Assembly: GCA_963798845.1 (NCBI GenBank)
Contig: CAWCUS010000006.1
Span: 256,001-320,000 of the forward strand
Origin: an uncultured Gemmatimonadales bacterium
GTDB lineage: Bacteria > Gemmatimonadota > Gemmatimonadetes > Longimicrobiales > RSA9
Direction: 5' to 3'
DNA: 64,000 bases
A model generated the notes under the pieces. That model was not told where the DNA came from. It was given only the letters and a program-made list of their open reading frames with translations, and did no database searches. Position 1 is the stretch's first letter. The number at the start of each line of letters is the position of its first letter. Shown here one piece after another: positions 54,160-62,456 of the stretch. The translations under genes and the position numbers were made by a program.

Positions 54160-55185
54160 CTACGCGTCCAGGTGCTTCCGCAGCCGTTCCGCGTACTCGC
54201 CGCCGGGGCCGTCTGCCGCCACGATCTCGATCGCTTCCGGGCCGCCCACGCCCACCCCCAGCTCCACCGCCCGCGCCATCTGCTCCTGCTCGAAGATGCC
54301 GCGGCTCATGATCGCCTGGTTCGACCCGAGCTCCTTCAGCACGGCCAGACCCACGGCGTCCACGGCCACCCGGTCGCTACCGGCCAGCACTACGTCGCCC
54401 CGCTTCAGCTCGCCGCTCGACGGGCCGCCATCCGTGAACGCCTCCACCCCGTCCAGCACGATCAGCTGCGGCCGATACCCCGTGTTCAGCTCGGCGATCA
54501 TCCGCCGCATGTCCTGGGAGCGGTGCATCTCCCGGCGGATCCGCTTGGGCGTGAGTCCCACGGACAGCTTCAGCGACATGGTGAACACGCCGCCGTACCC
54601 GTGGGTCTTCAGGCACGCCGTCGAAACATTGAATTCCGCATCCACCACGTGGCGCGGGAGCCAGAATCCGTCGCGCCAGTGCGTGCCCGCCGGCCCGAAC
54701 CGGACCCAGTCTCCGTCCGGGATCTCCTCGTAGTTGACCACCTCGAAGCGAAGGTCGCTCGCCATGTCGAACACGCCCTTCTGCTCCATCACCTCGCGCG
54801 TGTCCGGTGGCCCGCTCGACTCGCCGAGCGCTACGCTCCGGGCGCCCCGCTCGTGCATCTCCAGCACCAGCTGCGACAGCGTGTCCGGGTGAGTGGATCC
54901 GGGCGCCGGATCCGCCGTGTTGAAGTTCGGCTTGATGACGACGCGACGGCCGCTCACTCCGCTCAGGTCCAGGAGCTTCAGCGCCCGCGCCACCCCGTCC
55001 TTCCGGTCCGAGGTCCGCACCAGCGCCACGCGCGCCTTCGCCGGGCGGCGCACCGGACCGGAGTGGCTTGCGGTCCTCGTCCGGGACGATGCGGGGCCGT
55101 CGGCGAGGGAAGGCAGCACGGGCAGGGCTGCCAGCCCCAGCCCGGCCGCGCGGATGAATCCCCGGCGGTCGATGCGGTCGGACAT
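54160..55185 (-). CDS. DUF362 domain protein with Tat signal
   Basis: DRRGFI Tat motif, VVIKPN, STHP, LKTH, SLKLSVG and DRVAVD. Start at MSDRID. Confidence 0.88.
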   Translation of the reverse strand: MSDRIDRRGFIRAAGLGLAALPVLPSLADGPASSRTRTASHSGPVRRPAKARVALVRTSDRKDGVARALKLLDLSGVSGRRVVIKPNFNTADPAPGSTHPDTLSQLVLEMHERGARSVALGESSGPPDTREVMEQKGVFDMASDLRFEVVNYEEIPDGDWVRFGPAGTHWRDGFWLPRHVVDAEFNVSTACLKTHGYGGVFTMSLKLSVGLTPKRIRREMHRSQDMRRMIAELNTGYRPQLIVLDGVEAFTDGGPSSGELKRGDVVLAGSDRVAVDAVGLAVLKELGSNQAIMSRGIFEQEQMARAVELGVGVGGPEAIEIVAADGPGGEYAERLRKHLDA

Positions 55186-55227
55186 GGTGCCTCCACGACA
55201 GGGTGTCGTGCGGGCGGGGCCAGGCTC

Positions 55228-55257
55228 ATCATGGACCCGGCTTCGCTTTTCTGGCAA
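55228..55257 (-). promoter_or_regulatory. Possible sigma70 promoter of the DUF362 gene
   Basis: Minus strand TTGCCA-18 nt-CATGAT. Confidence 0.3.
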
Positions 55258-55486
55258 GAAGACCGTTTCAGGGCCGCTCTTGAGCGCGGACGACCGACGG
55301 TGACTCGCGCGCCGTCGTCACGCGCAGCGCGCCCGGCGGACGTCAGGGCGCCTTGCGCCCGGCCCCGACCTGCGTCCGGCACCCGGCCACAGGACGGCCG
55401 GTTGCGCCCCCCTCACGCGACGGCACACATTCTCCGTCCGCCGGTATCACGAGGTGAAGCCAGCCCCTGCCGCCAGGACACATCGC

Positions 55487-57547
55487 ATGGACTCCGACAT
55501 CCGCAGCATCCGCGTCAGCAAGCGCCCGGACACCCTTCGATTCGATGGGCGCGTCCTCTTCCTCGTGGACGACGCCGACCTGATCCGCCGGCAGCTCGAC
55601 GGCGAAGACCTGGAGCTCACGCCCGAGCTGCGCTCGATGCTCCGCGATCAGATCTCCACCGACGAGATCACCCCCGCTTACATCTGCTACTACTTCGACG
55701 AGACCCTCGGCGAGTTCCCCTACCTGGGGCTGCGGGCCGGCGGTGAGGCGCCCGTCACCCGGGGCAGCGTGAAGAAGGGCGGGTTCGTCTGCTCCGTGGC
55801 CGGCAAGCGGCGAGGCAAGGGGAGCTCCCGGGAGCAGTCGCCCTACGCGGAGATGATGGCGGGGATCCGCGTCGTCGTCGCGGAGAACATCGAGCGGATC
55901 TACAACGAGAACTGCCAGAACCTGGGCATCTTCACCTCCACCGACTTCTCTCTCATCGACCGCATCCGCGACGGGGAGGAGATCGCGCTCAGCGAGTTCA
56001 CCAATGGCGTGGACGCGATCACGCGGCAGATCATCGAGTACGGCGGCCTGTTCGAGTTCAACGTGGCGCGCCTCCAGGGGAAGGTGGAGATCCCGGCGCT
56101 CGAATCGCAGGAGCCGGACGCGACAGTGCGCCCCATGACCGTGGCCGAGAAGATCTTCGCACGGAACTGGGTGGTGGACGCTGCGGCCGGCGAGTACGGC
56201 GTCCCCTGGGTGAAGCCGGGCGACAGCGGGTTCGTTCGAACCGACTACCGCTTCAGCCACGAGTACGTCACGCCGATGGCCGCCATCTTCTTCGAGGAGA
56301 AGCTCGGCGCCGACGCCAGGGTGACGGACGCCTCCAGCATCATCATGTTCCGCGACCACCTGACCTATCTGCACGAGGTGATGCCGCAGGAGCGGGTGCA
56401 GCTCGGGCTCCTGGACGTCGCCCGGCAGCTGAAGGACAAGCAGCAGCAGTTCTCGGAGAAGCAGGGGATCAAGCTCTACGGCGAGCGGCTGGGCGCCCGG
56501 CTCGGCTCGGAAGCGATCTGCCACTCGAAGATGCTCGAGGAGTACGCCGAGCCCGGCCAGCTCATCGTCGGCACCGACTCCCACACCCCCCACTCCGGCG
56601 CCATCGGCGCCATCGCCTTCGGCGTGGGCACCACCGCGATCTTCAACTCCTGGATCACCAAGGACGTACGGGTCAGTGTGCCGCCGTCGTTCAGGGTGGT
56701 CATCCGGGGCACCAAACCGGACCACGTCACGGCCAAGGATTTCATGCTGGAGATCCTGCGCCATCCCTACGTCCGCGATGGCCTCGCCATCGGCCAGATC
56801 ATCGAGTATGCCGGCGAAGCCGTCGAGGCGCTCAGCATAGACGAGCGGGCCACGATGACCAACATGGCGGCGGAAGTGGGCGCCTTCACGGGGATCGTGG
56901 CGCCGGACGGGAGGGCGGTGGACTACCTCGTCGCCGAGCGGGGAATGGACCCGGCCGAGGCCGAGCGGCTGATCGATGGCCTCCGCTCCGACCCGGACGC
57001 CGAGTACGTGAAGGTGATCGAGCTGGATGCGTCCAGGATCCGGCCCATGGTGGCGCTCCCGGGAGACCCGGGCAACGGGCTATACATGGACGAGCTCGCC
57101 GACCAGCCGATCCGCATCGACGCCGCCTACGCCGGCTCCTGCACCGCGGGCAAGAAGGAGGACATGGACATGTACGCCCGCGTCCTGCGCTCGGCACGCG
57201 AGCAGGGCCTGGCGGTGGCGCCCGGCGTACGCATGTACATCCAGTGCGGCTCCCAGGAGGTGAAGGAGTACTGCAGGAAGCAGGGTTACCTCGACCTCTT
57301 CGAGGAGGTCGGCGCCCGCTTCATCGAGCCGGGCTGCGGCGCGTGCATCGCTGCCGGCCCCGGCACCAGCGCCTCCCCGGACGAGGTCACGATCTCGAGC
57401 CAGAACCGGAACTTCCCCGGCCGCTCCGGCCCGGGCCAGCTCTATCTGGCCTCTCCCTACGCCGTGGCCGCGTCCGCCATCGCGGGATACGTCACGGCGT
57501 GGGAGCCGGGGAAGCCGATCCGCCAGCTCGAGCCCGTGGGCAGCTGA
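55487..57547 (+). CDS. Aconitase/isopropylmalate-dehydratase family protein, swivel (LeuD-like) domain fused N-terminal to a LeuC-like domain
   Basis: Swivel motifs ISTDEITP and GKGSSREQSP. Large-subunit motifs GTDSHT, NMAAEVG, GSCTAG, PGCGAC and NRNFPGR. Confidence 0.9.
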   Translation: MDSDIRSIRVSKRPDTLRFDGRVLFLVDDADLIRRQLDGEDLELTPELRSMLRDQISTDEITPAYICYYFDETLGEFPYLGLRAGGEAPVTRGSVKKGGFVCSVAGKRRGKGSSREQSPYAEMMAGIRVVVAENIERIYNENCQNLGIFTSTDFSLIDRIRDGEEIALSEFTNGVDAITRQIIEYGGLFEFNVARLQGKVEIPALESQEPDATVRPMTVAEKIFARNWVVDAAAGEYGVPWVKPGDSGFVRTDYRFSHEYVTPMAAIFFEEKLGADARVTDASSIIMFRDHLTYLHEVMPQERVQLGLLDVARQLKDKQQQFSEKQGIKLYGERLGARLGSEAICHSKMLEEYAEPGQLIVGTDSHTPHSGAIGAIAFGVGTTAIFNSWITKDVRVSVPPSFRVVIRGTKPDHVTAKDFMLEILRHPYVRDGLAIGQIIEYAGEAVEALSIDERATMTNMAAEVGAFTGIVAPDGRAVDYLVAERGMDPAEAERLIDGLRSDPDAEYVKVIELDASRIRPMVALPGDPGNGLYMDELADQPIRIDAAYAGSCTAGKKEDMDMYARVLRSAREQGLAVAPGVRMYIQCGSQEVKEYCRKQGYLDLFEEVGARFIEPGCGACIAAGPGTSASPDEVTISSQNRNFPGRSGPGQLYLASPYAVAASAIAGYVTAWEPGKPIRQLEPVGS

Positions 57548-57624
57548 CCCATGCGGCGGTGCGGACCAACCGAACGGGGTCCTCATCCGGCCCACCCCCG
57601 CCCGCGGGCAGCGCGGACCAGGTC

Positions 57625-58353
57625 ATGGCTCGGGTAGCTCCCCCTCGGGCCACGCTGCCCGGAGGCCTCCGGGCAGCGCTCGCCTCCCTTGCCATGCTGG
57701 CGACGGGCGCGGGAAACGCCCCCGCCCAGACGCTCCGCGGCACCGTCTCCGACACCGAGGGCCACCCCCTCTCGGGCGCCGCCGTGATGCTCGTGGGCGA
57801 GCGCAGCGGCGTCATGCTCGATTCCGCCCGCGCCGATGCCCGGGGCGCTTTCGTCCTGAGCGCACCGGACCCCGGCAGCTACATCGTCCACGTGCACCTC
57901 GACGGGTGGGCGGACGTGCCCACGGACGCCGTCGAGATCGCGGCCGGCCAGACGCGCCAGGTCGACTTCCGCGTGCCGCTCATCGGCATGAGCGTGATCG
58001 CCGAGATCGGGGATCGGATCGCCGCCGACCCCGACCTCCAGCGGGACCTCCCCCAGCTCTGCGGCGAACCGATGCGCCCGTGGGAGGCCGGCCTCGTGGT
58101 GGGAGAGGTCCGGGATCGGGCGACGCGGGCCAGAGTGGCCGGCGCTCGCGTGTGGGCGGAGTCGTCGTCCGCCGACACCGTCCGCGCCACGATCACGAAC
58201 GGCCGCGGGACGTTCGTCTTGTGCAACATCCCCCGGGGGAGCGGCGTTCGGTTGCGGGCAGCGACAGTCGATGGCCGCGCAGATTCGGTCGACGTGGAGG
58301 TCAGGCCCGGAATGGTGAGCTGGTGCGATCTTCTCGTGAGGAAGCAGCCATGA
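57625..58353 (+). CDS. Secreted protein with two carboxypeptidase-regulatory-like domains
   Basis: Signal peptide, LRGTVSDTEGHPLSGAAV, and a second repeat VVGEVRDRATRARVAGARV. Confidence 0.75.
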   Translation: MARVAPPRATLPGGLRAALASLAMLATGAGNAPAQTLRGTVSDTEGHPLSGAAVMLVGERSGVMLDSARADARGAFVLSAPDPGSYIVHVHLDGWADVPTDAVEIAAGQTRQVDFRVPLIGMSVIAEIGDRIAADPDLQRDLPQLCGEPMRPWEAGLVVGEVRDRATRARVAGARVWAESSSADTVRATITNGRGTFVLCNIPRGSGVRLRAATVDGRADSVDVEVRPGMVSWCDLLVRKQP

Positions 58354-58829
58354 GCGTCCATCCCGGGGGAGAGGGCATGCCGGGTTCTTTGGAGGCCATC
58401 TGGATCAAGCGCTTCAAGCGCGGACCGATGGACGGCGCCACCGAGGCGCGACTGGTCGAGGACCGGGGCATTGTCGGGAACGCCAACCAGGGCGGCCGAC
58501 GGCAGGTCACGGTGATCCAGCGCGACACGTGGGATGACATGATGCGCGACCTGGGCGACCCCGGGCTCGACCCGTCCGTCCGCCGCGCCAATCTCCTCGT
58601 CGACGGCGTCGACCTGGCAGACTCTCGGGGCAAAGTGCTCGAGGTCGGCGCCGTCAGGATCCGGATTGTCGGCGAAACCCGCCCATGTGAACGCATGGAC
58701 GAGGCCTTCCCCGGCCTCCGTCACGCCATGTCCCGACCGTGGCGGGGGGGTGCCTACGGCACGGTGCTCCGGGGCGGCACGATCCGGGTCGGGGACGCCG
58801 CCCGGCTCGTGGACGAACTCCCGGAGTGA
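58350..58829 (+). CDS. MOSC domain protein
   Basis: Motifs RGIVGN, RQVTVI, RRANLLVDG, PCERM and GGTIRVGD. Confidence 0.88.
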   Translation: MSVHPGGEGMPGSLEAIWIKRFKRGPMDGATEARLVEDRGIVGNANQGGRRQVTVIQRDTWDDMMRDLGDPGLDPSVRRANLLVDGVDLADSRGKVLEVGAVRIRIVGETRPCERMDEAFPGLRHAMSRPWRGGAYGTVLRGGTIRVGDAARLVDELPE

Positions 58830-58922
58830 CCCGCGACGCCGCGGATGGGTTGGCGATCCGGCAGCCGCGCGCTACACTCCGAATCGAGAGAGGGGCCGCG
58901 CCCCGAATCCCGGAGAACCTCG

Positions 58923-59444
58923 ATGTCGCTGGTCCGCCGCATGATCCCGCTCGTCGCAGCAGTCGCCGCCCTCGCGCCCGCGGCTGGCCACGCACAGGCC
59001 AATCTCTTCAGCCGGGAACATGGCACGCGGGACTACCAGACCCAGCTCTACGAGGCCACGGTGCGCAAGGGGATGAACGCCACCCTGGCCGCCTGGCACG
59101 ACGCCTGGGAACGGGATGACCCGGACGCCATCGCCCGCCTCTACCTCGAAGACGCCACGGTGTTCACACCCGAGGGGACGGTCCAGGGCCGCGACGCGAT
59201 TGCCGCCTATTACCGCCGCATCCTCCCCGACCGCGCGGGGCTCCGCAGCTTCCCGCTCCACTTCAACGCCAGCGGGGTTCTCGCCTACACAGTGGAGCTG
59301 AATACCATGCACATTGGCACCGGCGACGATGAGCGCACGTGGGCGGAGCGGAACTTCCTGGTCCTGCGCCAGCAGTGGAACGACACGTGGCTCATCGAGT
59401 CCCAGCTCACGGCCGAGGTGCAGGGAGACGCTGCCGGGCACTGA
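58923..59444 (+). CDS. Secreted NTF2-like (SnoaL/DUF4440) protein
   Basis: Signal peptide (AHA-type site) and WHDAWERDDPDAIARLYLEDA...GRDAI. Confidence 0.78.
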   Translation: MSLVRRMIPLVAAVAALAPAAGHAQANLFSREHGTRDYQTQLYEATVRKGMNATLAAWHDAWERDDPDAIARLYLEDATVFTPEGTVQGRDAIAAYYRRILPDRAGLRSFPLHFNASGVLAYTVELNTMHIGTGDDERTWAERNFLVLRQQWNDTWLIESQLTAEVQGDAAGH

Positions 59445-59524
59445 ATCCGCGGACCACCCGGCCCCATTCCGGTGAGTTGAGTGTGGGGTGGTCATAGATC
59501 GCACCCGAGTCTACCTTTCGGGCC

Positions 59525-62260
59525 ATGCCATTCCGGAGGACCTTCCAGACCACCATTGTCGCCGCCGCCCTGCTGCTCCCGACCGGAGCCGCTCGGGCGC
59601 AGGCACCTTCCACCGACTACCAGGGCGCAACGGCCACGGGCCTCGCGCTGCGTCGGCTGGGCACCACTGCGCGTCTGCTCATGATCGGCGCGCACCCCGA
59701 CGATGAGAATACGGCACTGGTCGCGCCGCTCGCGCTGGGCCAGGGCGCGGATGTGGCTTACCTGTCGCTGACGCGCGGGGAAGGGGGGCAGAACGGCATC
59801 GGTCCGGAGCTGGGCACCGCGCTCGGCATTCTTCGCTCCGAGGAGCTGCTCGCCGCGCGCCGGCTCGACGGCGGTACGCAGCTGTTCAGCCGCGCCATCG
59901 ATTACGGCTATTCCAAGAGCGCTGAGGAGGCGTTCAGCCACTGGCCGCGCGATTCCCTGCTCGCGGACGTCGTGGCGGCCATCCGCCGCTATCGACCGGA
60001 CGTGGTCGTGTCCGTCTGGAGCGGCACTCCCCTCGACGGCCACGGCCAGCACCAGGCGTCCGGGATCGTCTCTCGCGAGGCCGTCCTCGCCGCAGGCGAC
60101 CCGTCCCGGTTCCCCGAGCAGATCGCAGCCGGGCTCCGGCCGTTCACCCCTCACCTCTTCTATCGCTCCGCCGGCTTCGGCGGGCCAGGCGACGTGGTGG
60201 AGGTGAACACCGGCACGCTGGACCCGCTCCTGGGCCGCTCGTACTACCAGGTGGCGATGGCCAGCCGCAGCCGCCACCGGAGCCAGGACCAGGGGAGCCG
60301 CCAGACCCCGGGACCGCGCCGCACCGCCGTGCAGCGCATCGACCCGTCGGCCCCCGTCCAGGTGGCCGAGGACCGGCGCTTCGGCCGCTACATGGAAGGG
60401 CCGCCGTCGAAGGACGTTTCCCTCTTCTCCGGCGTGGACACCCTCCTCTCGCAGCGGGCCCGCAGCGCGGCGGCCCGGGCGACGGGGGCCCGCGCCCGCG
60501 CCCTGGAGAACGCCGCGGACCTGCTCGCCGGTTACGAAGCCCTGGTCGACTCCGCCCGCTCGGCCTTCGACCCGCTTCGCCCCGGGCGCATCGTGCCGCC
60601 CCTTCTCGAGGCGACCCGCCGCCTGAGCGCGGCGCAGGCCGCCCTGCCCGACCCCGCGGACGGCGCAGCCACCTCCCGCAGCGACGGCGGCGACGCAGAC
60701 GTCCGCGAGATCCGCTTCCACCTGGACGGTGAGGTCGACGATCTCCGCGACGCCGTGCTGCGCGCCGCGGACGTGCGGCTGGACGCCGTCGCCGACCGCG
60801 AGAACGTGGTCCCGGGACAGACGTTCTCCCTGACATTGTCGGTCTGGAACGGCGGCGCCGACACGGTGAGCGCCCGCGTCGGGCCGCTCCTCCCTGCAGG
60901 CTGGAGCGCCGCCACGGGCACGGCCACGGATCACGGCGCGCCGCAAGCCGTGCTCGCGGTTGCACCCGGAGATCGAGCCGAGGCCAGCTTCCAGGTGACG
61001 GCGCCCGCGAACGCGGCCGTCACCACGCCCTACTACCTGGACCCGGCGCACCCGACCACCGGCGACTTCTATCGCTGGCCACCGGATCCCGCGATCTGGG
61101 GGCTCCCCTTCGCCCCCGACCCCGTGCGCGCGTCATTCGCTCTCGATCTGCGCGGCGCGGGTCCCCTCGCCTACCAGCGCGACGCGGCCATGATCGGCGT
61201 GGACCGGCGCAGCGGTGAATTCCGCCACCCGGTCAAGGTCGTCCCGGCCGTGTCCGTGGGCCTCGCCCCGGAGCTGGCCGTGTTCAGTCTGGACGCGCCG
61301 CGGAAGCTCCGCTTCACGACACGGCTCCGCTCCAACGCCGGTACGGATCTCCGTGGCTGGATCCGGCCGTCGGCTCCCGACGGCTGGCGGGTCAGCCCCG
61401 ACAGCGTCGCCGTGTCCCTGCCGTCCGGCGGCCCCGAGTTGTCCGCCACGTTCGAGATCACGCCGCCCACGGACGTGCCCGCCGGCGAGTACGATCTCGG
61501 CGTGGCCCTCGTCATGCCCGCCGACACGTTCGACCTCGGCTATGAGGTCATCGACTACCCGCACATCGAGCCGCACCACCTCTATCGGCCGTCCACCGCG
61601 CGCGTCCGCGCCCTCGACGTTCGCGTGGCCGATGTTCACGTCGGCTATGTCCCCGGCGCCGGTGACGACATACCCGATGCCCTCGACCAGCTGGGCGTTT
61701 CCTGGGAGCCCATCGACGCGGCCGCCCTGGCCGGCGGCGACCTCTCCCGCTTCGACGTCATCGTCACCGGCATACGCGCGTACGAGGTGAATGATGACCT
61801 CGTAGCCCACAACCAGCGGCTGCTGGACTGGGTCCGCGACGGCGGCACCCTCATCGTCCAGTACAACAAGTACCCGGCTCTCGCCCGCGACTACACGCCC
61901 TGGCCCGTCACCATAGCGCGCCCCCACGGACGCGTGACGAACCCGGCGGCGCCGGTCACCATCCTACAGCCCGACAATCCGGTCTTTACGACGCCCAACA
62001 GGATCGGGCCGGCCGACTGGCAGGGGTGGGTACAGGAGCGCGGCCTCTACTTCTGGGACACGTGGCAGGGGCCCTTCACGCCGCTCCTCGCCATGAGCGA
62101 TCCGGGCGAGGCGCCGCTCGAGGGCTCGCTTCTCGTCGCACCGCTGGGGAAGGGAACGTACGTCTACACGGCTCTGGCGTTCTTCCGGCAGCTCCCCGCC
62201 GGCGTGCCCGGCGCGTACCGGCTGTTCGCCAACATGCTGTCCCTGGGCGCGGAGCCGTGA
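59525..62260 (+). CDS. Large secreted PIG-L/LmbE family deacetylase with Ig-like (NEW3) and class I amidotransferase-like domains
   Basis: Motifs AHPDDE, TRGEGGQN, DGHGQH, SRHRSQ, GIRAY, WVQERGLYF and RQLPAGVPGAYRL. Confidence 0.9.
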   Translation: MPFRRTFQTTIVAAALLLPTGAARAQAPSTDYQGATATGLALRRLGTTARLLMIGAHPDDENTALVAPLALGQGADVAYLSLTRGEGGQNGIGPELGTALGILRSEELLAARRLDGGTQLFSRAIDYGYSKSAEEAFSHWPRDSLLADVVAAIRRYRPDVVVSVWSGTPLDGHGQHQASGIVSREAVLAAGDPSRFPEQIAAGLRPFTPHLFYRSAGFGGPGDVVEVNTGTLDPLLGRSYYQVAMASRSRHRSQDQGSRQTPGPRRTAVQRIDPSAPVQVAEDRRFGRYMEGPPSKDVSLFSGVDTLLSQRARSAAARATGARARALENAADLLAGYEALVDSARSAFDPLRPGRIVPPLLEATRRLSAAQAALPDPADGAATSRSDGGDADVREIRFHLDGEVDDLRDAVLRAADVRLDAVADRENVVPGQTFSLTLSVWNGGADTVSARVGPLLPAGWSAATGTATDHGAPQAVLAVAPGDRAEASFQVTAPANAAVTTPYYLDPAHPTTGDFYRWPPDPAIWGLPFAPDPVRASFALDLRGAGPLAYQRDAAMIGVDRRSGEFRHPVKVVPAVSVGLAPELAVFSLDAPRKLRFTTRLRSNAGTDLRGWIRPSAPDGWRVSPDSVAVSLPSGGPELSATFEITPPTDVPAGEYDLGVALVMPADTFDLGYEVIDYPHIEPHHLYRPSTARVRALDVRVADVHVGYVPGAGDDIPDALDQLGVSWEPIDAAALAGGDLSRFDVIVTGIRAYEVNDDLVAHNQRLLDWVRDGGTLIVQYNKYPALARDYTPWPVTIARPHGRVTNPAAPVTILQPDNPVFTTPNRIGPADWQGWVQERGLYFWDTWQGPFTPLLAMSDPGEAPLEGSLLVAPLGKGTYVYTALAFFRQLPAGVPGAYRLFANMLSLGAEP

Positions 62261-62355
62261 GCGGCCGCCGGGAGCCGCGCCCGCCGGGCGCCCCACGGGG
62301 CGACGGCGACCCCACGTCACCCGCCGGCCCACGGACGCCCCGACGCCCCCGCTCC

Positions 62356-62442
62356 ATGCGCGCCCTCTACATCCGCGTCCTTCTCGTCCAGGCCGTGACC
62401 CTTCTGGCGCTCTGGGCACTCCAGGCGGCGTTCGCCGGATGA
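62356..62442 (+). CDS. Small single-TM protein (28 aa, or 61 aa from GTG 62257)
   Basis: MRALYIRVLLVQAVTLLALWALQAAFAG, located between the deacetylase and the SSS transporter. Confidence 0.6.
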   Translation: MRALYIRVLLVQAVTLLALWALQAAFAG

Positions 62443-62456
62443 GCCGCCGATAGGCG

